Below, one piece after another: positions 50,175 to 62,213 of a stretch of 64,000 nt of DNA. The DNA is from Octopus bimaculoides (taxonomy: Eukaryota), in contig NC_068984.1 in NCBI RefSeq assembly GCF_001194135.2, positions 59,252,434-59,316,433 of the forward strand, in the 5' to 3' direction. The notes beneath the pieces are model-generated. The model did no database searches and was not told the DNA's origin. It was given only the letters and a program-made list of their open reading frames with translations. Both the position numbers and the translations under genes were made by a program. Positions within the stretch are counted from its first letter, which is position 1, and every line of letters begins with the position of its first letter.

Positions 50175-50796
50175 GTAAGTATTCTAGATTCTGCTTATTA
50201 ACATCTTAAGTAAAAGCTATGTCAGAACCAGCCTTAGTGTTTGATGTAAGATTTGTACAGAATCATAGTTTATAGACAGCAATATGTTAACCTACAATCC
50301 TTGGTCTACTTTGTTTAGATCCTCTAAGAATCTTGTTTCATGGCATTAAGCAAATGCATCATAAATCTCCTCTTCAGTAGCATGCTGGTCTATCACAGAT
50401 AACATTCCTAAATTATATGGTGTCTGTTCCTGACAGCCGGGTAAACTGAAGTCATGTAAAGTGTTCTTCCCAGATACACAACAACATGCATTTAGCAAAT
50501 TTGGAATCAGAAATAATGAAAATAATTGATAGGTACTCCAATAGTTTATCTATTCAACCAAGTACAAAATAACCACCACCACACACAAATGGGGATTAGA
50601 TCTAATAAAAGGAATTGTATAGATCTAATCCCTATGGTACTACCTTCGAGTGTATGATTGATTTATTTCAACTCAGTATTTAAATAAAGTTATTTTATCA
50701 AATCCCCTCCCCTAACTCTCCTGAAGGCAAAATGGCAGTTAACTTGCATACATACTGTTTGATTATATGTAATTATTATTCTTTCTATTGTTGTAG

Positions 50797-50911
50797 ACTT
50801 CAATGATATTTGATATCAACCTTCCTGGAGAATCTGATAACTACATAATGTGTCATCACCCTGTACTCTCACCGCTACCAATTAAGCCTTTCCGTTTGTT
50901 TCTACCACCTG
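50797..50911 (+). CDS. RMC1: RMC1 exon 11
   Basis: ttgtag|TSMIFDINLPGESDNYIMCHHPVLSPLPIKPFRLFLPP|gtaagt; 115 nt, phase 1. Confidence 0.92.
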
Positions 50912-52184
50912 GTAAGTCTTCATACTCTTTATCCATTCTTCATCATCGTCATCATTTAATTTCCGTTGTCCATGCTAGCATGGGTTGGACGGTTTGACCA
51001 GGGCTGGCAAGCTGGAAGGCTGCACCAGATTCCAGTCTGATTTGGCATGGTTCTACAGCTGGATGCCCTTCCTAACGTCAACTATTCTGAGAGTGTAATG
51101 GGTGCTTTTACGTGCCACCTATGTGTCTTATTCCACAAAATAATAGCCTACAATTTATGATGTGAAAAACCTTCATTCTTTATGTTGTTATTTTAATGTC
51201 TTTTTTATTTCATTTTCTCTATTGCCAACAGTTTTTTGTTTGTTTTCCAATGCTACGTTTATCCCATTGATTTCCGTCAAGAACATTTTATTCAACCTAC
51301 ATTACTTCATTTCACCTAGCTGTTGAAAGATGATACTAAATCATATGGAGATATTTGCCTATGAGAGACTGACCTCTTCTCTACCGATAAATTTGTCATT
51401 CCACTTCACCCAATGAAACCAGAGCTAAGCACTGGTTTTCAAATACCTGTCTTTGTTGAACCCCCAAGTCTGCTCTTTTTGAGCTGACCTGCAAGAAAAG
51501 ATGTTTCAGTTAAAACTATTTTGACTTTTAGTATATCTAAAAATACACTACACACAATTTTTTTAGTTTTTTTTATGGTAGAATGTGATTTCTGCTGCTT
51601 TTTTGATGCAACTGTTTTTTTTTTAAGTTCTGTACTGTATATTCTGAGTTCAAATACTACTGCCTACCACCCTTTGGAACTTGTTAAAATAGTGATAGAC
51701 TTGGGAAGTTCTTCAGCAGGTACTTATGTATATCAGTTTATTACTCTCCATGGCACTACACCAACTGGTAGAAAAGACAATATCTTATATTTTATATAAA
51801 TGTTCATATATCCCACTTTTAGAGTAGATACATTGTGCCCCTATACGTCATAAAATGACATTGAAAGGGTTAGTGACAGAAAAGGTATCCTGCTAGAAAA
51901 ACCTCCCTCAGAAAACCCATCCAACTCATGCCAGCATGGAAAGTTATAAAATGGTAAAATGATATACAGTTGAGATATCTCATGGATTAAACATGAAAAC
52001 CCTAATAGATATTCTTTTATAAATGGAAAATAAGTTAATAATACAGGAAGTTTAAAATAACCAATTCTTTTAGTAATTTCATTCTTTTACTTTGTATGAA
52101 GCTGTGTCTGTTTACAGTTACCAGTTTATGATTTTACATTTTTGCTGTTTTCTATTTAATGCTGTCTTTGCCTTTTCTTTACAG

Positions 52185-52235
52185 CTCCTAGTCTTCCAGT
52201 TGGAACAGAGAAGACAGAATACACTTTTGAATTAT
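52185..52235 (+). CDS. RMC1: RMC1 exon 12
   Basis: ttacag|(A)PSLPVGTEKTEYTFEL(Y)|gtatcctt; 51 nt, phase 1-1; the donor is U12-type. Confidence 0.85.
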
Positions 52236-54060
52236 GTATCCTTTTCTAAAGTTTTTTCTTTCATATAGCTTGCCCCTTTTTATTGTATGTCTGCCATACA
52301 CTCTAGGATTCATAAGACTAGGCCCTAATCCAGTCTGCATGGCATACAAGTAACTGAGATTACAACACTCCCCTTGAACAGGACACAGGTGTTACAGAGT
52401 TCACTTCCTAAATATTGCTGTTATATTCATTTATAGCTGAGTGAATTGGAGCAACATAAAATAATTTTGTTCAAAAACACAATGCACAGCCCAATCTGGC
52501 AATTAAAACCATGATCTTACAATCATGAGTACAATATCCTAATCACTAGATCACATTCTTTCCCACTTTTAATTGTAGATCATCCTAAAAAAATTTTAAC
52601 ATAAGGTGAATAAAACAGCAGATTAAATATTTACAATCTTCTGTCTATTTCAAGTTCTATTACTTCTGAGATCAACTTCCTCTACCATTTCTTAAGAATT
52701 TCTCAAATAAGCACATGTAACAGAAACTAGTGCAAAAGCCTCTAGAGAAGTATTCCAACGACTGGGAACTTGATCATGATGAATGTATTAGGATGGAATC
52801 ACTTCGATCAACAATATCCATCTCTATCATCATCATAGTTTCACATATGTTTTCCATGTTCACATAGGTTGCATGGCTTGACTGAAGCTGGAAAGCCAGA
52901 AAACTGCACCAAGCTCTATTATCTGTTTTGGCATGGTTTTTACTTGTGCTTGTGCCATGTAAAAAACACTCTGTCCACTCTGCTGGGTGGTTGGTGTTAG
53001 GAAGGGCATCCAGCTGTGAAAACTGTGCCAAAACAGATACAGAAGTCTGGTGCAGTCTCCTGTCAAACCGTCCAACCCATGCCAGCAGGAAAGGCAGACA
53101 GTAAATGATGATGATGATGATGCTCTTCTTAATGTCAACCACTTTACAGTGTAGACTGGATGTTTTTTACATGGCACCAGCACTGGTAAAGTCTGTTTTG
53201 GCCTGGTTTTTACAGTTGGATGCCCTTCCTAATACCAACCACTCCGCAGAGTGGACTGGGTGCTTTTTACATGGCACCAGCACTGCAAGTTTATAGTTTT
53301 TTTTCCAAGCTTAAAATCTAATATTGATTAACATTCACAGGAACTGCAGAAAGTCCACATTTTATAAATGTTCTTATTTTTGCTTTGATACTTAAATTCA
53401 TAGATCTTGGTGACACCATTTCATTATGTTAAAGATTTTGATTATGTCTTTGATTTAATTCCTTAGTTAAGGTTGTTTAACTCTTTCATTAACATATTTC
53501 TGTTAAAATACACTGTTTTTGTTTCAGTTAATTTTGGAAATAATGAAGAATTTAGTAAAATAATTGTGTCATTATGAAGAAAACTTTTGAAATATAAATT
53601 CACAGGAAATTTTGATAGAAGGTTTGAAATTAGATCTCTTTAAAACAGAAAGGTTGTATCATACAATTTACGGGCAGTTTTGTCAGATTGATGTCAAATG
53701 GGTTAAATTATCACACTTGAACTTGTTTATTATGTTAGAAATTTCAAATATGTCTTTTGATTTCACTCCATAGTTAAGGTTGCTTAAAGCATAACACTTG
53801 AGCACATCATGACAAGCAGATTATATTAAGAATTTATCATTATATTTTTAAGTATAGAACTGATTGCTTCATGTCAATATTTTCAAATGTTATGTTGAAA
53901 GCTTACTGTGAATAAAGTCTTGGGATACACTTGCTCCAGATTTGGAATTTTATGTCTGTGCTAGAAAACTTTTTTTTTTTTAAGATCACCCTTTTTCTTT
54001 TTTTTTTTCTCTTATTTTCTCTCTGTTGTTTCTGTTAGTTTATTTCTTGACAAATTACAG
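52236..54060 (+). other. U12-type (minor spliceosome) GT-AG intron, RMC1 intron 12
   Basis: 5'SS GTATCCTTTT matches the U12 consensus RTATCCTT. Branch-site-like TTTCTTGAC (A at 54050) lies 10 nt before the end of the intron, with no intervening polypyrimidine tract (caaattacag). Confidence 0.85.
53481..53702. mobile_element. piggyBac-like TTAA MITE (same family inverted at 60783-60994; a related family at ~47631-47845 and ~61041-61248)
   Basis: TTAA-CTCTTT...AAATGGG-TTAA ends; internal sequences are reverse complements of each other. Confidence 0.6.
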
Positions 54061-54114
54061 ATTCAGATAATTGGATTGTATTCCAGCCTGATATTATTAT
54101 TGATGCTAAACTTG
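54061..54114 (+). CDS. RMC1: RMC1 exon 13
   Basis: ttacag|(Y)SDNWIVFQPDIIIDAKL(G)|gtaagt; conserved WIVFQPDIII motif; 54 nt, phase 1-1. Confidence 0.92.
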
Positions 54115-55118
54115 GTAAGTTCCATTATATTTTCCCTTTCTGTATTTGCATCTTTCCTCTCTCCCCTTTATTTACTGAAAAACTTCTTGATGTGTTAAAA
54201 CATATCAAAGTATTCAAGTATAGGTTGTGCCGGTGGCACATAAAAAGCACCATTCAAGCATGGTCGATGCCAGTACCACCAGACTGGCCCTTGTATCAGT
54301 GGAACATAAAAAGTACCCACTACACTCTTGGAGTGGTTGGCGTTAGGAAGGGCATCCAGCCATTGAAACTTTGCCAGATCAGATTGGAGCCTGGTACAGC
54401 CTTTTGGCTTGCCAGTTCTCAGTCAAACCGTCCAACCCAGGATACTGCTTTGAAGAGTTTCACCAATCAAATCATTCCATGGGTCCATATTTTGCCAAAC
54501 TATTAAGTTACAGGGACATGAATATCAGTTGTCAAGCACAATGACACACACACACACACACATTCATTTGTGTGTTTTACTTCTTTTTCTCCATAATAGC
54601 ATAAGTTAGACAAATACATATTATTGGGGCGTTGTTTACAGCTTGATGCCCTTCCTGTCACTAAGCCTTACTTGTTTTTCAAGTACAGGACTTTTCATTC
54701 CACTCCTCTTTGAAAGTGCAGAGCTGGTGGATAATTTATTTATTGGAAATTTCAACAAACATCACCATTTGTAGCCAAGTTCATTTCTCTAGAGAAGCAC
54801 ACAGGGATGCTATTCACACATGCACTTGGAAACATGTTAGGGTTGGTAACAGGAAGGGCATCCTGTCATAAATAATTTGCCTCAACAAATTCCATCAGAC
54901 CCATGCAAGCACGCAAAAGTGGACATTAAAACGAAACTACACACACACATTCAAGCACATGGTGAGCTTTATACAGTTTCCATCTACCAAATTCGCTCAC
55001 AAAGTATTGGTCAGCTCAGAGCTATAATAGAAGACACCCAAGTCTCATCCTGTGGGACTGAACTCAAAACCACATGGCTAAAAAGTACACCTGATATATA
55101 TATGTGTGTGTGTGTGTG

Positions 55119-55163
<45 letters not shown>

Positions 55164-56849
55164 ACCCCACAGCAGAAGTGTTAAGACTGATCCTTCTGGT
55201 TGTGTAATGCACCCATGCAGTGTTTCGTAAAAGCCTCCATGCAGTCTCATGTAAAAGCATCTATACAACGTCATGTAAAACCATCTATGTGGTGTCATGT
55301 AAAAGCATCTATGTTGTGTAGCATAAAAGCACCCATGCAGTGCCCATGTGGTGCCACATTAAAGCATCCAGCACACTCTGTAAAGGTTGGCGTTAGGAAT
55401 GGCTTCCAGCCACAGAAACCAAATCAGACTGGAATCTGGTGCAGCCCCAAGCCCCCACCCCCGACTTGCCAGTTCTGGTCATCCCATCCTACCCATGCTA
55501 GCATGGAGAATGGACATTAAATGGTGATGACGGTGACAGAGAGGAAGAGAGTGAGAGAGGGGTACACACAATGGTCTTCCACATAGTTACTGTCTGTCAC
55601 ATTCACTCACAAGGCAATTTGTCAGACTGGGAATATAGAAGACGACACTTGCCGTAGATGCCACACACTGTAACAGATGTCAGAACTACATAGTTTAAAC
55701 GCAGCCTGTTGAAATGCCTGAACTTATTAGTTTACTTTCTAAATAATTCTTTTTTCTTATGCCACATAATGTATATCATATATATTTATTTAGTGATTCA
55801 TATAGCAAGTTTTGGTGGTGGTGGTGGTGGTGGTGGCATTGGCAATGACGACAACAATCATCATTACCATCATCATCATTGCCATCTTGTCATATAGCTT
55901 GTGGGTCTAACTTTAGTTCTCAGTTACAACTGTTTCATATATCATCATTATCATTTAACATTCACTTTCCATGCTTGGCATGGGTTAGATGGTTTGCCTA
56001 GAACTGGTAAGCCAGACAGCTGCTCTAGCTTCCAGTTTGTTTTGGCATGGTTTCTACGTGTGGTTGCCCTTCCTAATGCCAACCATTCCAATAGCTTAAT
56101 GGGTGCTTTTACGTGCCACCAGCAATGGCCACAATTACGACTACGATTTCACTTGGTTTGACATGTCTTTTCAGCACAGCATTGCCAAAGGTCTCAGTCA
56201 CTTATCATCACATTGTTAATAACCTCAAAAATGCATGAACATCACACACTCACATTTTAACATATATGAAACTTAATGCATCATCATCATCATTTGGCAT
56301 CCATTTTCCATACTGGCATGAATTAGACAGTTTGACTGGAACTGATAAGCCAGATAACTGTACCAGGCTCCAGGCTAGTTTAACTTAGTTTCTACGGCTG
56401 GATGCCCTTTCTAATTGCCAACCACTCCAAGAGTGTAGTGGGTACCTTTTACATGTCACTGGGATTGATGCCTTTTATGTATCACTGTCACAGGTGCCTT
56501 TTGCATGTCACTGGCACATAAAAGGCTACATGCATAATAATGAGCATTTTTTTTTGTCATTTATAATCTCTTCATGAATCATAATCAAGCAGATTGATTA
56601 AAGATTAAATCTAGTATGTCTAGGACTACATGATCCAGTGTCTTTTCTGTATTAAGATGTGTGTGGTTTGAGAGAAATTTGGTTGCTGTTTCTAGCAGGC
56701 CAAGCAATGACTAGGAGGCTCCTTTGATTGACTGTATTATTGTTTTTGTTTTCTCAGTGAACTGAATCAACAACCTTAATTTCAATACCCAGTTTGAGTC
56801 ACATCATCCTATTTAATAACTATCCTTTTTAGTAGAAATCATTATTATT

Positions 56850-59040
56850 GACAAATTGGTAGAATCTTTAGAGCATCAGACAACAAGCTTTGTCGTGTTT
56901 GTTTCAGTTCTTTATATTCTGCTATGGTCAACTTTTTCTTACAACCTCCTGGGTTGATAAAACAAAATACCACTCAAATGCAAAGTAAAGTACAAGTCAA
57001 ATTTGGAGAGAGGGAAACAGTCACTATAATGAACTGTTCTCCTTTCCACTAAATTTGTGACTTGTACCTATGTTAGAAATTATCATTATTACCTTCGCTA
57101 AGGTAGAGGTATTGTTTCCAGTCGCGTTTGTTTGTTTGTCCATGGACAAGATATCTCAAGAACTGCTGGATGGATTTGGATGAAACTTTCAGGGATGTTT
57201 GGCCTTGTGACTGGCATGAACTGATTAGAATTTGTGATCAATCCGGTACCGGACAAAGATTTGGGATTATTTTTCCTGTTTTTTTTTACTTAATTTTTTT
57301 GAGAGCAGTTGAGTTTCTTTCAGATATTCTCACTTTTAAAAATCATCTCTGGCTAATCGTTGAGAAGACATTGGTGTTGCCTTGGCAGAGGTTTGTGCTC
57401 TCTGAATGCTCTTATTATTATAATTTTTGCTAAGACAGTGAGCTGCCAGAATCATTAGCATGCTGGACAGAATTCTTAGCGGTATTTTGCCCGTCACTAC
57501 ATTCTGAGTTCAAATTCCACCAAGGTCGACTTTACCTTTCATTCTTTCAGGTTGATGAAATAAGTACCAGTTACACACTGGGGTCGATGTAATTGACTAT
57601 CCCCCTCCCCCCACCAATTTCAGGCCTTGTGCCTATACTAGAAAGGATTATTTTTATTATTGTTGATAAAGTTGTTCACACCTGGACAAAATGCTTTGCG
57701 GTATTTCACCTACCACTACGTTCTGGGTTCAAATTCCACCAAGGTCAACTTTACTTTTCATTCTTTCAGGGTCAATAAATTAAGTACCAGTGAAACATTG
57801 GGGTTGATGTAATCAACTAGTTCCCCCCTCCCCTCAGATTTCAGGTCATGTGCCTATAGTAGAAAGGATTATTATTATTATTTAGGCAGCAAGCTTGCAG
57901 AATCATTAGCACTCCAGGCAAAATGCTTAGCGGCTTTTTCTCCATCTTTTTGTTCCAAGTTCAAATTGTTTCAAGGTCCACTTTGCCTTTCATCCTTTCA
58001 GCATCAATAAAATAAGTACCAGTTATGCACTGGGGTCATTGTAATCGACTAGCCCCCTCCCTTCCAAATTCCAGGCCTTATGCCTGTAGTAGAAAGGATT
58101 ATTGTGATTAATATGATTAAGGCAGCAAGTTGGCAGTCGTTAGCATGCTGGATGAAATGCTTAGCAGTATTTCACCCATTGCTACGTTCTGAGTTCAAAT
58201 TCTGCCGAGGTCATCTTTATCTTTCATCCTTTCGGGGTCAATGTAATCGACTAGCCCCTCCTCCCAAATTTCAAGCCATGTGCCTTTAGTAGAAAGGATT
58301 ATTATCATTATTATTATTATTATTATTATTATTGACCTGGCACAATCGTTAGCACATTGGATAGAATACTTAGCAGCATTTCTTGACGTTCTGAGTCCAA
58401 ATTGCTCCAGGGTCAACTTTGCTTTTCATCCTTCAGGAGTCAATAAAATAAGTACCGGTGGTGCACTGGGGTTGATATAATCATCTACCCCCCACCCCCC
58501 AAAAAAAAGTTTCAGGCCTTGTACCTATAGTAGAAAGGATAATTACTATTATTGAGCTGGCAGAATTATTAGCACATCAGACAAAATATTTAGTGGCATT
58601 TCTTCTAGCTAATTATGTTCTGAGTTCAAATTTTATCTCAGTCAACTTTGTTTTCCATCCTTTCAGGAACAGAATAAGTACTAGTTGAGCACTGCTGTCC
58701 TTGTAATCAAATAATCCCCTCTTCCCAAAAAGAAATTACTGGCCTTGTATCCAAATTTGAAAACATTATTATCATCATCATGGCTGTGGATTGGCAGAAT
58801 CATTAGAGTTAGATGAATGCTTTGTAAATATTTCTTTCAACACTGTACATTCCAAGTTCAAATTCTACTGATGTCAATTTTGCCTTTCTTCCCTCCATGG
58901 GGCTAAAATGAAGAACTAGTCAAGTCCTAGGGTAGCAATTTTGAGGAGAGAGGTTTAATCAGTATTATTGATTTGCAACCTTCATTCAAAATGCTGGCCT
59001 TGTGCCTAAATTAGAAATAATTCTTATTATTGATGTTGTT
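56850..59040 (+). repeat. Head-to-tail array of ~8 tRNA-derived SINE copies (family C, ~220-235 bp) joined by (ATT)n
   Basis: Units start near 56850 (highly diverged), 57433, 57664, 57883, 58119, 58334, 58554 and 58782. Each has an A-box-like TGGCAGAATC(G/A)TT, B-box GAGTTCAAATTC, core GACTTTGCCTTTCATCCTTTC..AAATAAGTACCAG..CACTGGGGTCGA, and tail GTAGAAAGGATTATT. Confidence 0.85.
57089..57413 (+). mobile_element. Helentron/DINE-1-like non-autonomous element inserted in an (ATT)n tail
   Basis: 5' ACCTTCGCTAAGG and subterminal 3' CCTTGGCAGAGGT form an imperfect inverted pair. Also (GTTT)n, GGATGGATTTGGATGAAACTT and a 3' mini-hairpin-like GTGCTCTCTGAATGC. No TSD. Confidence 0.65.
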
Positions 59041-59383
59041 CTGTTTAGTCAAAATTTAGTCTTTTGATAAATAGAGCTTGTTCAAATAAATATTAGACTG
59101 AAATAAACACTGGAGGTTGATGCAGTCAAATTATTGCTAAACATATTTTTGAATTAATCATGTGAATAGACAAATGGGAGATGACACTAAAGGTACAGAA
59201 AATCCAATGTACAGGTGATGATAATGACAAGAACAACATCAGCAACAAGAATAATTGTACAAATGACTTCTCAACATCTTTTTCCAACCAATATGTGTGT
59301 ATTGTCTAATAAGGTCCTCAATACATGATCACCTGATTTATGTAAGACATGTTTGTTTTATTTTTATATTTTTATCTGTATAG

Positions 59384-59442
59384 GTAGTCTATGGACAGTT
59401 CAGCTATGTTTGGAACCATTAGTGGAAATGATTCCCAATAAG
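59384..59442 (+). CDS. RMC1: RMC1 exon 14
   Basis: gtatag|(G)SLWTVQLCLEPLVEMIPNK|gtaaaa; 59 nt, restores phase 0. Confidence 0.88.
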
Positions 59443-62033
59443 GTAAAAGAAAATTTTTTTATCATTTTGATAGTTTATTATGTTATTTTATTTGTTTGTG
59501 ACGAGTTATTTTCTGAAGTTGAACTTGATTTTCTACTGTTATTTTTTCCCCCTGCCATGTTTTGTGATTTTTTTTTCCCATGTAATTAATTTATTTTTGA
59601 GTCATCTTCCGGTGTTGTGTTACTCTGTTTATGCCTGCAAACGTGTGTACATGTATGTATTTGCACAGCTAAACCATTAGATTTAAAACCATAATGATAC
59701 CTTCTAAAACAACCAGGCCTGTCTAAGTAATTTGAACTTGTTTAATTTACATTGTTAAAACCTGTCCAACCCATGAAGATGATGATGATATACATGAAAC
59801 AGAGATTTTATATAGATAATTATTGACTCAGGACTGATAATGTGACCAAAAACTTGATTTTTGGATTTTGTTTGTGCCATAATCTCGTTAATTTCCCTTC
59901 GAGCCATCTTTTAACTGTAGTTAGAAAACTTGTGTAAAAGAAAAGAAATATTGAAGGAGAATAATGCTGGAATGAAAATATTTGAGTCAAGTATAAGCAT
60001 AGCTAAATGGTCTAGAAATTTGCTCTGCAATTATGGGATTCCATTCTGAATCCCTCTTCCTGGCATGTTGGGCAAGTGTCTGTTATTGACAAGGTTTGAG
60101 TGCAATTGGTTAGGCAAAAAATAATGTGGAAACCCATTGGATGTAGTGTATCTGTGATTCAAAGGGTCCAGTCTTGTCCCACATAGTTATGCCAATCCAC
60201 CTGAAACCACCTTTCAATGATCACCCCACCACCTGCCAAAAACAAACTATCCATTTTGAAATGTTTATATTTAAATTTAAACCTTTCGCTTTAATTTTAT
60301 GTAAGAACCTTCAGTTAAATTGCAGTGAACATCATTATCTTACTTCCACTTTCCAGGCTGGTATGAGTTGGACAGATTGCCACAGTCCAAGTCAGTTCTT
60401 ACTGGGAGCACTGCACTCATGAACAGGCTGGAGAATTATACGTTTCATTTTTGATTTAGTTTCTACAGTTGGACATTCTTAGAGACAGTTGGACATTCTT
60501 AGAGTATCCTAAGTGCATTTTAACATAGGACTAGTGCTGTGCTAGGGAAGTTGTCATATCCCTAGTGAAATAAGACTACAGGATTCTCTCAATGATATAC
60601 CATCTTTCACTTTCACCAACCACTTTACATTGTACTGAGTGTATTTTTATCACGGCACCAGCACAAGTGAGGTTGTCATGTCTCCACTGAAACCAGTTTG
60701 AAAGGACTTCTCCATCATATGCTTTCAACTTTTGCCCACCAACCGCTTAAACCGTTCTGTTTGTATTTTATCACCAGCTTAACCCTTTTAGTACCAATCT
60801 ACTGAAAACTGATCTTACTTCTTATGTTACAAACTTGTTACTTTGAAGTGATATAAATTGTATCAACATTTCATATTAGTTAATATTCCAAATTCCATCT
60901 TAATTAATGACAAAGTTATGTTACTAAATTCTTCGTTAAGTTCAAAATTAATTGAAGTAAAGTGTATTTCAATAGATATACAGTAACAAAAGGGTTTAAA
61001 AAAGAAGTTATTTTACTAACACCCTTTAATCCTTTAGCATTTAACCCACTTGTATCCAAATATTCTACTTACTTTATGTTCAAACCAGCTAGATCTGTCC
61101 CCTCACACCTACCCTACAATGTCATTCGAAAAATAAGCAACCATATCATCAAAATCTCAAAACTATAAGATAATGTGTGATTAATTCAAAACAATGTGAA
61201 TAAAAAAGCATTGCATTAAACAGAATAATGAATGATAGAGGATTAAATCTTGATTATTAAAGAATAACTAATTTTAAAAAAAAAACATATGAATAGTGTA
61301 TTTATTAGAAATAATGGCAATTAAAGTATTATGGATGCTCTTGTCTGTGGAATACTCAACCATTTGCACATGCTTCATTGAGTAGATAGTTTCGCTGATT
61401 GAACAACTAATCATTGCCACTGACAGAGGGCTGACTTCAGAATAGAAGTCAGACTTTAGAATAGAAAACATTGCAAATATGACATGTCAACCACCTCAGT
61501 CAACAGTATTGACACAGTTTTGACAATTATTTTCTGCACTATTTCTCTCAGTTTGCTTTTGATAAAAATATAGTTTAAATTTTGTCGTGGAGTTTTTGTT
61601 ATCCCTCCAAAAATATTTTGACAAAATTCATTGTGTAATAGCAGCTCATTAAAAGCATTTAAGCGCACCTGAAAACTATACCTACCCATTCTTACAAAAC
61701 AACCTGGTAAATCTGGGTGTATCTTAAACTTTGGTGTGTATTAAATTACCCACAAATAAGTTGACTTGTTTGAATGTAGTTAGTAAGTGTAAGCAACCTA
61801 TAAATTGGGTTTATGACCCAGTAGTTTTATTTGTTTTCATTTCTGAGAGCTGGCATATATTGGATATTGGAACAAGTGAAAAATATTTTTATATCATATT
61901 TGTCTGTTACAGGATAGTGGTGGGAGGGAGTCAATACATAAATGATAGCAACAAAAATGTAAAGATGGCTTTTGAATTGGAACATTTAAGTGATATGCTT
62001 ACTAAATGTCTCTCCATATTTTTGTAATTCCAG

Positions 62034-62213
62034 TTGAAACTGATAGAGTTCTTAGTGTTGCGGAAAGACAGCAAATTGGTATTATTGTCGGTATGTCGAC
62101 AAATGTTAATTCCTGGCCACCAAGCTACTCTTGTCACAATCGCACAAATTTATGATATGCTAAATGATGTTTATAAAAATTATCAAGAAGCTGAAACACA
62201 ATATCTTGTACAT
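62034..62213 (+). CDS. RMC1: RMC1 exon 15 (gene continues beyond window)
   Basis: ttccag|LKLIEFLVLRKDSKLVLLSVCRQMLIPGHQATLVTIAQIYDMLNDVYKNYQEAETQYLVH|gtaagt; 180 nt. The 15 exons total 1338 nt (446 codons) with no stop. The C-terminal Mic1 domain exons were not found in the window. Confidence 0.9.

Larger units (their letters stand above)
50940..56515. repeat. Cluster of RTE 3'-tail copies in both orientations (approx. 50940-51122 -, 51870-51945 +, 52850-53110 +, 53140-53285 -, 54228-54445 +, 55190-55520 +, 55940-56215 -, 56270-56515 -)
   Basis: Shared core GGATGCCCTTCCTAA(C/T)GCCAACCAC and GGGTGCTTTT(T)AC(G/A)TG(C/G)CACC, or its reverse complement. Further copies at ~14670-15000 and ~32930-33216. 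Confidence 0.8.

Noticed and set aside
56850-59040. CRISPR-like periodic array
   Set aside because: Eukaryotic context; ~225-bp divergent SINE units, with no short identical repeats, unique spacers or cas genes.
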